DNA of 64,000 nt, from positions 1,745,308 through 1,809,307 of the forward strand of contig MU061578.1 of assembly GCA_013265495.1 (NCBI GenBank), read 5' to 3'. Positions 50,216-60,530 of the stretch are shown piece by piece. Under the pieces are notes generated by a model. That model made no database searches. It was not told where the DNA came from and worked only from the letters and a program-made list of their open reading frames with translations. The DNA comes from Vicugna vicugna (taxonomy: Eukaryota). Positions within the stretch are counted from its first letter, which is position 1. Every line of letters begins with the position of its first letter. The position numbers and the translations under genes are program-made.

Positions 50216-51619
50216 GAACCAGTCAACGTGTTTCATAAAGGTAATTGTTCTAGACTGGAACAGCAGCCATGAGGGAAGTAAAGAGGCTGTTCAGATCACA
50301 CATGAGGCGGGGACCTTACACTTCAATCAGGGTGGCCCCCTGGATGGGGTGATATCAGTGCTGAGCTCTGAAGGATGAGAAGCCAGCTGACCAAGGGGGA
50401 AGAGCATTCCAGGACTGGGGAAGAGCATTCCAGGACGAGGGAATAGCCACTGCCCCGGGGCAGTGAATAGCCTAGTTAGAAATAGGAGAGTGGATACACC
50501 ACCCTCTCCCCACTATCAGGTGGCCCAGCTGGGAGACAGAAGGATGCAGTCCGAGACCCTTGCCACGGACAAGAGGGGACACCAAGACCAAATGGACAAA
50601 CTGTGATTCCAACCTCTGTTGAGACAACCACCTTGATTGGAACTACTTGCAACAGGCCATCAGGAAAATTCAGAAAGATGCCTCGGTTGCTGTCAAGAAG
50701 GACCGTGACATCAGGGGTTGCTGGGCCTGGGAAGCCCTCTCGCCAGCAGGCCCAGGGCCATGGAGCCCCGGGCACCCCTAGAGGTGGAAAGGCGAGGACA
50801 GAGGGGGAGGAATTGACATCTGTGCTCGCGGTCAGGGCAGATGGAGCTCAAAGACTGCAGGGAGCTGAGCGGATGGGAAACAGCTGCTGCTGGCAGCCAC
50901 CGTCCCCAACAATAGAGGCTCTGGTCGCGAGCCTCCAGCCTCGTTCTGATAAATGAGCCATCAGCGTGGACTGGAACAGGCGAGAGCCAGCCCCTCCTTC
51001 AACATCCAGGGTCTGTTGGGAATGCGAGGGGACCAGAGGACACAGGGAGAGAGCATCTGACTGCCTTCGCAGCGGTAAAGGACGACTAAGCACCGGGATT
51101 AGCGACCAACCCTGGAGCACGCCTGGGGACCTGGAGCATCTTTTCAAAAGCAGCCCCTCTGGGCTCCACCGGGGTTTTTCCAACACAGCGGGCAGCGGGG
51201 AGGCTGGGGCTCCCGGAAGCTGGGAACCCACGCCCGGGACGCTTCCTTCTGTTACGTGTGGCCTACCCCTCCATTCCCGCCTCAATATAAAATTACATTC
51301 CTGATTAAAATGTGAGTGCCAAACATTGGATATGATTACAGACAGAAAGTCAAAATTTGCATTTAAATAGACATGTTAAAAACACTCTGCCCAGGGGAGG
51401 TGGGCAGCAAAGCAATCTCCAGGAGTCTTTTAAGAGGGGGTTGAGGCGGGCTGGTGAGGGTTTTCATTCCTGTCAACATAGACCTTGACCACCCCCGCAG
51501 CTCCACTGGAGAGGATGTTGGATTAGCTTCTGCTCAGACGTGACCCCGTGGTTCTCCCTGGCTGAGACCGGCCAGAGCCCAGGGCACGATCATTTATTCA
51601 ACAGATGCGTACTGCCTCC

Positions 51620-52068
51620 CACAGCAGGTTGAAGAGTGTCCCCTCAAAATCCATGCCTCCCTGGAACCTCAGGATGCGGCCTTGTTTGGAAATGGGGTTT
51701 TTACGGATGTAATCAAGTTAAGATGAGGTCACGGTGGATTAGGGTAAGCCTTCATCCAACAACTGGTTCCTTATAGGAAAAGACAGGCCACACGGACACA
51801 GAGTGGGGAGAGGCCCGGTGATAAGTGGGCCGAGGCTGGAACACTGGGGCGACGTGTTTATAGTCCGAGGATGCCAGATCCTTCGCCACCACTGGAGTCT
51901 GGAAGAGGCAAGGAAGGCTGCCTCCTTAGAGACTTTGGAAGGTGCCGGGCTCTGCCAACAGTTTGCTTTCAGACTTACAGCCTCCAGAACCATGAGAAAA
52001 TAAACTTCTATTGTTTTAAGCCACCGAGTATGTGATCGTTTTTACTGCAGCCCAAGGAAACTAACACA
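51620..52068 (+). mobile_element. MaLR LTR (MLT1B/C-like), near full length
   Basis: GGAACCTCAGGATGCGGCCTTGTTTGGAAATGGGG, CAGCCTCCAGAACCATGAGAAAATAAAC, end GGAAACTAACACA. Confidence 0.88.
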
Positions 52069-52424
52069 GCGGTCATAAAACCATTCGGCTGAGCCCTCAT
52101 CCAAGGACGGGCATCCTTACAGGAAGAGGGGGGTTTAGACACAGAGACACGCACGGAGGGAAGACGGCGTGAAGACGCACAGGGGGGACGTGATGCAACA
52201 ACAGAGGCAGGGACTGGAGTGCTACGCCCACAAGCCCAGGAAAGGCAGGGGTTTCTGACAACAAACAGGGAAGGGAGCCCCCAGGACCTCCAGGGGGCAT
52301 GCGGCCCTGCCGACACCTTAATTTCAGACTTATGACCACCAGAACTGTGAGAGAGAAAATTACTGTTGTTGCAGTCACCCAGTTGAGAGGTCCTTTGTGA
52401 GAGCAGCCCCAGGAAGTCAACACA
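52069..52424 (+). mobile_element. Second MLT1B/C-like LTR lacking its 5' ~100 bp, abutting the first
   Basis: GGCCCTGCCGACACCTTAATTTCAGACTT...CCAGAACTGTGAGAGA, end GGAAGTCAACACA. Confidence 0.85.
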
Positions 52425-55400
52425 CCTGCCTGCTGAGCGCCCGGCAAGGTGCGGTGGACACGGCGGTGAGTATAAAAAGCAGAGCCACCGATCTCGTGGA
52501 ACTCAGAGTCTAGCTGGAGAGAAGCCACTCAAAGAGTCACAGAAACCAATGTAAACCTGCAACCAGGTAAGTGCTGTAAGAGGGATCACATAGAAGGGGA
52601 TTTCACAACAGGTTTGCCCAGAGAAGCCATGGAATGGATCCCCGTAGATGTGGGATCAGTGAGTTCAAACAGGGAGACAAAGTCACAGGGGGTGGGCCCC
52701 GGGGGAGGGGGGGCGGCAGGAAGGGGCGTTCCAGCACAGGCCCACCTGCTGGTCCCCAAAACCACAGAAGCGAGTCCGCACGGCTGTCTGGCATCTCCCT
52801 GGACCCAGCCAGTCAGGGGCAGCAGGTTCTCACTGTATATTTGGGGCACGAGAGGGGAAGGGGGGGGAGGATTCTGTTCTTAATGACACCCTTTGTGTTG
52901 AGATTCTGGAAACCTTTGGGTAGCACTCCAGTCACAGCGAGTGACCTTGGGAGCATCAGCAGTCCTGTGAGCTGAGCCTCAGGGTTTCCATCTGGACGCA
53001 GAGGAGGTGGGGCTGGCCGGCTTCCAAGGGTCTGCCCGGCCATGGCGTGATTCTGCACATCCCAGGAGAACGGGCAGAGGGTAGACAGGGGTCTTCCCTG
53101 GAGCTTTCCAAGTGAGCCAAAACTACACAGGCCTTGTCACCTTCTCCTTGCCCAGAAGTAACCATCTGCCCTAAGATATCCGAGAAACAGGACACACTCT
53201 TCTTCTGGCTCTGCCTTTAGGGGTAAAAAAATAATAATAATAATACGCTAGGGCTGTAATCCAGACTCAACAGGTTGATTCATTTGTTTCACAGAACTGT
53301 CTCCCTTGGCTTTATTTTTAAAGGAGAAATTAACCCAGGGAAGATGGATTCTCCCACAGCAGCAAAACAAGGACCAATGAACGGCTTTGACTTTGGAAAC
53401 TGACACAGAGAATTCACCATGAGGGCCCCCTGGAACGTTGCTAGAAAATACCCCATTTCCTTCGGTATTTTGGCAACGGAACGTTAACATTCTGCACCGT
53501 AAAACTCCTCCTCCCTGAAAGAAATGATTCCTGAGACTCCCTGTAGGCCCGCCCATTGGCCTGAAAATGTTTAGACCTGGCAGGGTCTCAAGTTGGGAAT
53601 GAAAATAAGGCGCAAATGGGAACCCGAGACAGCAAGAGCCCAGGGTCTTTGTCCTGAGGGCTGTTGCAGGCGAATGGATTATTAAAGCTGTCAGTTGCTA
53701 ACAGGAATCCCACCTCTTCAGACTGATAAGATAAATCTTGACAGCCTAAGAAATCTTTATTTCTCTCAGAAGTTATTTGTTTCCATCTCATGCTTAAGAG
53801 TGAAAATTGATTTGACTTCAAAGGCAGGCATTTTATCACTCAGCTTGCCTCCACCCCACCCCACCTGCGCATAGGTACTCAGTCCCGACCAGTGGCAATA
53901 ACACCGGCTCGTTTCTTGGATCAGGGGGGTAGAATGGTACTTTCCCACAGAAGCCTTTGGCCAGGAGGTAAACGACCCAGGAAATGACATCTTCCGGGAA
54001 AGCGACGTCTCTACATGTTCTTATCCAGAAGCAGCCTGTCTTCTGGTTAAAGGTTCACTATGAAAAGTTTCTCTTAAGACACCAGAACCCATAAGAGATG
54101 CAAAAAGCTGGGCGTTTGGGGAGGGGCGGGTGGGGAAGAGAGAGAAAAAAAGAAAACATATCTAAAAAATTGGAATTCCTTTCTTTTCATAATATCAGTG
54201 TGAGAATTTGCTATTCCTTCCCTTAGTGGGAGAAAATAAAAAGAGATGGTTAAACACAGGGATCTGAGGGTGTGAGCCAGTGAACATCTATGTCTTCTGC
54301 CAGCTCCTAAGTGAATTCCTTCCACCCAGTTCTGCTGTCTGATCATGAAACGGCCCCCAAAAGTGGGATGTTAGACACTGGTTCCAGAGCCAACGTCTGT
54401 CCTGACTGTACGATCCAGTGAACATACGGTTACTCAATGCCCACCCATTTCTAAAATACCTGCTAATTTAAGTAGATTACTCCTTACATGATCTCATGGG
54501 AAACGTCTGTCCAGAGAGTACGAATCAAACCTGTACTCGGTGATGAAAACGCTGATAAAGCAGCTTCTCTCTTCATGAAAAGTTAAAGGAGATAATAGTT
54601 CCTGTTGTGGTTATAACTGACGGATGACCGACTAACAGAGGGAATGCTAAGTACTTCCCAAGTGCCCAGCACTGTGGAGGATACGAATGCAATGGTGACG
54701 GTCAAAGCCCCGACTGTCATATTCAAAAGATCAACAGATTGTGAGTGAACACTCCAAATGGAACTAAAATGATGTGAAAACAGTATTTGGTCTCAGTGAG
54801 CAAAACAAGTATCCCCCAAAAGTTATATATTGATAAAAAAAAAAAAAAGACAGGCAAACCTCCTCCCACCCAACTGTCCCTCCTCCCCCTCGACTTCCCT
54901 GTCACCGAACCATCCATCCAGCTGACAGTCCCCTTGGCAACCGCCCAACAACAGCTTATACTAGAGCACGTATTCCATACCAGATTGGTTCTAGGAAATG
55001 CAGATAAAACAGGGCTGAAAAAAATAAAACGTCTTTCCTCAAGGACCTCACAGTCTGCAACATTGACTAAAGATAACTAGTAATAATAGATGTTATCAGA
55101 TCGGCAAACAAAAAAAAATTAACCCACATAATACATTCTGCGAATGCTTTGGGTAAATGGGCATTCTTGTATACTGCGAAGGAAATGTAATCCTTTTGGA
55201 GGGAAATTTGGCAATATTTAACACAACTATGCATTATTCATTTGCCCTTTTTTTTCATTCACCAATCCCAATTCTAGGGATGTACTTTGAAGGTGCCCCT
55301 CCAACAAGATGCAAACCAAACCAACAAGGCGAGCATTTGCAGCAGGGTTTGTAACCATAAAGTATGGTAATAACCTACATGAACACACATAAGAGATTGG

Positions 55401-55522
55401 TTCAATAATCTATAATCAGACATTGGAGTATTACACAGTTGTGAAAAAGGATGGGAAATATCTCTGTAGATTGATTTGGAATGATTTCTAGGATATAATT
55501 TCCAGGATAAAATCAAGGTACA

Positions 55523-55730
55523 CTGGTGCATTCTGATCCTAAATTAAAAGAAATGCTTAGTCATACAAAAAATACTGCTACATCTGCTTCAGGTGGACCT
55601 CATATGCAAGGATCTGGAGGAAGTGTCTAAACACAGGGTGCTGAGATTTTATGGGGCCGAAAAAGGACTGGATGTATGACTGGTTTATGCTTGCTTACTA
55701 ATAAATGTGCATGCTAGAAGGAAAAAAAAG
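55523..55730 (+). pseudogene. Candidate retroposed polyadenylated RNA 3' end of unknown origin
   Basis: Sequence that does not look like L1 interrupts the L1M motif AAAA(N)CAAGGTACA|AAAGAGTATATGTAGTAT; AATAAA 55700-55705, A8 55722-55729, AGGTACA duplicated on both sides. Confidence 0.5.
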
Positions 55731-55854
55731 AGGTACAAAAGAGTATATGTAGTATAGCACCCTGTCTGTAAGCTAGAGGGAAGAATAAGAAAACATGTGC
55801 ATGTGTTAATTTTAGGGGGAAAAAAGCACAGGAAAAATAAATTAAGAAGTAATG

Positions 55855-56637
55855 AAGTTCATTTATGCCATTTTTTTTAGATTCTACATATAAGTGACAA
55901 CATATGATATTTGTCTTTGTCTGACTTACTTCACTCACTTTGATGATCTCCAGGTCCATCCATGTTACTGCAAATGGCATTATTTTATTCTTTTTTATGG
56001 CTGAGTAGTATTCCATTGTGTGTGTATGTATGTATGTATGTACGTACGTATGTGTGTGGCATATATATACACACACACACATACATACATATATATCACA
56101 TCTTCTTTATGCAGTTATCTGTTGATGGGACATTTAGGTTGCTTCCACGTCTTGGCTACTGTAAATAGTGCTGCTATGAACATTGGGGTGCAGATATCTT
56201 TTTGAATTAGAATTTCCTCCAGATATATGCCCAGGAGTGGGAGTGCTAGATCATATGGCAACTCTAATTTTAGTTTTTTAAGGATTCTCCATACTGTTTT
56301 CCATAATGGTTGCACCAAATTACATTCCCACCAAATGATGCAAATGAACTTATGTACAAAACAGAAACAGACACACAGACAGAAAATAAACATATGGCTT
56401 CCAAAGGGGACAGGTGAGGGGAAGGATAAACTAGGAATTTGGGATTAGCAGGTATAAACTACTATATATAAAATAGATAAACAACAAGGTCCTACCATAT
56501 AGCACAGGGAACTATATTCAATAGCTTATAATAACCTATAGTGAAAAAGAATATGTATATAAACTCAGAACTAATCCACTATGTTGTACGTCAAAAACTA
56601 CCGCATTGTAAATCAACTATATTTCAATTTTAAAAAA
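55855..56637 (+). mobile_element. L1 with 5' inversion (twin priming)
   Basis: 55855-56334 is antisense ORF2 end; 56333-56637 is sense 3' UTR with A-tail; degenerate TSD AAGAAGTAATGAA / AAAAATTATGAA. Confidence 0.93.
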
Positions 56638-58354
56638 TTATGAAAATGCTTACTAAAGTGGGAACAGAATAGAATCACCTGGAATGGATAAGTGACCTGT
56701 GAGGGTAACCTGTGAATCGTTTTGACTTCTGGAACAATGGCAATGTTTGACACACACACAAATCAAAATGAAATAAAATCAACACAGAAGAAGGAAAAGA
56801 TCCTCAAATGAAATATAAGCAGAAAAAAATTGAATCTATCTATATTTCAGCCGAATAATATAGCACACTGAAAGAGGAAAAATGAACGAGTCCATGCAAC
56901 TTGAGAACAGAACATTTTGACTATGTACATTTATACTGAAGATAAAATAACTGTAAACAAATATTGAACACTAGCTGGTAGGTTTGTTTTTCAAAGTAGC
57001 ATGAGTTAACGTTTCAGAAATGATTTTCTGGGTACTCTAGGACTGAGTAAACAAGTAACTATGAAAGCCAAGTTCTTACTGTTGGAGAAGGGAGTAGCCA
57101 ATATGGAAAGGGGTGTTATATTCTTTAAGAATTTGATAGCACATAAGTTCATGGCTTTCCAAGGACACGCAGGCATAGCTGTCCATGTGCCTGTATGTTT
57201 TAACCAACTCTTTCCATACTGTCCATTTAAAGAGCCTAGAAAAAAGAACATCCAGAATCTTGTTTCTGCATCATACCATTCTGCACTAAAAGGAAAAAGG
57301 GCTCCTTGGAGAAATGTCTGGTTCCACAGCCAGAGGAGGGGTGGAACAAGATGAGCCTGGAACATCTTGCGGTGCCAATAAATAAGGGTGTTGTCAAAGA
57401 ATGACGGGGCTATGTCAAAAGGACACGGGAGCCAGTTTCAAGGGGCTTGAAATGACCAAATCTGGGGCCATGTGAGAACTGAAACAAATAATGACAGCAA
57501 CAGATTGTAACCCACTGAATAAAATATGAATCCGTGACTCTGCACTGATATAAATGATTAAACGCATACATCAGGGAAAAGAAATAGAAGGCCAGCGAAT
57601 AACTGTTAGTGTGATGGCGTTAGAAAAACCACTGTTTGATAGCCATTGTGGTCCCAACTGACTCAGGCAAGAGTCACCAGTGAATGGTAAAGCGAGTGAA
57701 TGAAGGTTTGATGGCAAAGAGGAAATTTCCAAAGTCTAAAAGTATTTTCCCCCAAACGACTTGTTAATGACAGTGGGAAATTTCTTAGTGGGGATATCTG
57801 GGCGGCGACATCACCAAAAATGGGACAAACCAACACCATACGCTTCTTGAGATGATTTTGTCCCTGGCAAAAATGCATACCTTGACTCCAATCATGAGGA
57901 AACAGCTCGAAAACCCAAATGGAGGGTTATTTACAAAATCACTGGTCTGTACTCTTAAAAAAATGTCAAGATCATGAGAGACAAAGCAAGACTGTGTTAT
58001 TGTTTTGGATTAAAAGACACTAAAGAGACCTGACAGCTAAATGAAATGCATGATGGATTAGATTCTGGGCCATGAGAAATTGCTACCCAGAACATTTTGG
58101 GGACAACTGATGAAATGAGAAAATGAACTGTGGGTTAGTTAATAGGACTGTATCAAGGGGTTAAATTTCTGGATTTTGTTATTGTATTGTGGTGATGTAA
58201 GACACTCTTCTTGTTCTTAGGAGTGACATGCCGAAGTACTGAAGGAAAACAGGACACCATGCCTGCAACTTACACTACAATAATTCAGGGGAAAAAAAAG
58301 AAGTATTTGTGTATATACATATAAATATGGATATGGAAATGATAGACAGAAAAG

Positions 58355-58425
58355 AGGCTAGACAGATAAGTAGATGGATGGATGGTTGGTTGGATGGATA
58401 GATGGATGGACAGACAGACAGACAA
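58355..58425. repeat. (TGGA)n/(CAGA)n compound microsatellite
   Basis: TAGATGGATGGATGGTTGGTTGGATGGATAGATGGATGGACAGACAGACAGAC. Confidence 0.85.
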
Positions 58426-59339
58426 GGAGGGTGGGAGAAGGAAAGATAAAACAAATCATGAAAATTTAAACAACTGGCAAAATAGGTAAAATGTACATGG
58501 AAGCTATTTTCACCATTCTTGAAACTTAGCTATAAGCTTGAAATCACACACACATTTAAAAATATACATCTAAGTATGTGCGAGACATAGTTAGAACGAA
58601 CAGGGTTTGTGTTTCTAAGCAGAAGCTGAGGATTTAGGCAATCCCAGTTGCTAGGGGAAGACAGGTATGGTTCTGTGGTTGGAACACAGTCTTTCTGGCT
58701 CTTTTAAAACATCATTTGTTCCCAGCATCTTTCCCTTTTTGTTATTACAGTCATCCTACCTGTCCAACAGGTACAATGGATAGCATGCAGGCATTGGTTT
58801 CCATCATATGAAAGCAAAATATCCCAGCTTCCTCTCCCCTGCTCTAGTTACTACCTAATTTCAAATGCATAAGGAAATCTAAGAAGAGCTAAGCCTGCAG
58901 TGATAGAAGGACCCGCTGATATTCCATCCAGCCCAAGTCTGGGTTCCAGCTGCCAACATCAGGGTCCCCCATTTATTGGTTCTGCCCTGATTTTATCACC
59001 TGGGTTGAGATGAAACTTCAGCCTTCACATCCAAAGCTCAGCTGGGAGCCACAAGACGCCGATGTGGAATGAGGAAGAAAACAGCGGGTCGCACCAATGG
59101 ACAGCATGGAAAAGCCAAGAGATGCAGGCATCCCCCTCTGCAAAGCAGTGCATCCTCTCATTACATGTGCTTTTATGGAAGACATGTAGGAAATGCTTAC
59201 TGTTGACGGTCCACACACAGTGAGGAGAACCCAAAGTGACATGCAGAGATGCTGCACCACACAGAAAGGTATTTTGATATTCCTGTAAGGCAGAAAATTG
59301 TAGGAAGGCAAACTCCAGAAGTCATAAGAAATTGGTGTC

Positions 59340-59510
59340 CATTTCATGCTAGTTCTGCAAACTTGAGCATAGCATTTCAGCTACCCTTGGCTTAGTTGCT
59401 TGGTCTGTAAAATGGGGATAATAGTAGTACCTCTATCCTAAGTTTGCTGTGAAAACCTGATATTCCATGTAAAGTACTTACGGAAAAACTGGGCACATGA
59501 TAAGCTACTG
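59340..59510 (+). mobile_element. MIR SINE
   Basis: TCTGTAAAATGGGGATAATAGTAGTACCT and ATGTAAAGTACTTA. Confidence 0.85.
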
Positions 59511-60159
59511 TTAACACCTGGTACCCCAAGAGAAGCACCAGTGGTCCTTGCCACGTCCACCCTCTTGAAGGGTGATGCAGAGGACATACAGGTGACTTTA
59601 CCTTGTTCCCTGGATAACAAATCTATCCGGCATCCTTAAATTCTAACGTCATTTGGGGTTGTTCATCACGGTCTCGTGTATATCCGCAGAAGGGGTGGGT
59701 GATACAGTGCTTGTCGTGTTTTAGAAATGTCAAGGGAACTCTGATTAAAATATATGCAATTCTAACTCTGCAAACTATGAAGGCAGACCCGTCTTTGTAG
59801 TTCCATATCCAAAAGCAATGTTGAGTTTAGAACATCGGCGCGTGCATGTAATGCGTATATATATGTGTGTACATATATGTACACGCATAGAATGGCCACC
59901 ACTGACAGCCAGACACTAGGAGAAAGTTCTGTAAGGGACAATGGAGTTAGGATGTGACTTTTATTTCTAAAGAATATTGTCGAAGAAATAATGTCAAGAG
60001 GAGGAGGAGAGAGTGAGTGCAGGGAAAGCAATTAGCAGCAGCAGGAGTAGCCGCAGCCCCACCTACCAATGTGCCTTCTGATCTTCTAGGCAGGAAGTTA
60101 GGCACCAGATAGTCAGAGACAGAGATTCTTTAATTCTCTCAGCAGTCCAGCAAGTTGGA

Positions 60160-60305
60160 AATTATTCTGCCATTTTACAGACATGGAAACTGAGGTTAAG
60201 TCTTTTTACCAAGGTTATTGAGCTAAAAGAGCTGGTGGTGCCAGGATCTAAATCTAGCTTTTGGAGACTCAGAATTCTGTGTCTTTCCACTGAACAACCT
60301 TGCCT
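60160..60305 (-). mobile_element. MIR SINE
   Basis: CCATTTTACAGACATGGAAACTGAGG...CCAAGGTTA...GCCAGGATCTAAATCTAG. Confidence 0.8.
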
Positions 60306-60469
60306 CAAAACATGCCCAGGAGAATCTGGAGGTGAGGCGGCATCATTCTCTGGTCTTATTACAAGAGAACATTGCATTTACTGCCACGTCCATGCCCCCT
60401 CCCCAGCGACAGAAGACTTTGAAGACCAAAGATGCACTTACTTGAAGAATTAAATTGTGCACATTTGTA

Positions 60470-60530
60470 TATCCATATATCCATCCATCCATCCATCTAT
60501 CTGTCCATCCATCCATCCTTCTTCTATCTA
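60470..60530. repeat. (TCCA)n microsatellite
   Basis: ATCCATCCATCCATCCATCTATCTGTCCATCCATCCATCC. Confidence 0.85.

Larger units (their letters stand above)
55080..58550 (+). mobile_element. Old L1MC-like 3' region with nested insertions
   Basis: ORF2-end motifs (TTTTGGAGGGAAATTTGGCAATAT) followed by a long 3' UTR (GGGCTCCTTGGAGAAATG, TGTCAAAAGGACACGGGAGCCAG, AAAATGTCAAGATCATGAGAGACAAAG); interrupted at 55523-55730 and 55855-56637. Confidence 0.8.

Noticed and set aside
55559..55681. MITE defined by the 9 bp inverted repeat AGTCATACA / TGTATGACT
   Set aside because: No flanking TSD, and the repeats do not coincide with the insertion boundaries; a 9 bp match is compatible with chance.
2489..56637. 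L1 orientation bias (5 of 6 younger L1s on +) as evidence for a minus-strand host gene
   Set aside because: Sample too small; older L1s and LTRs occur in both orientations.
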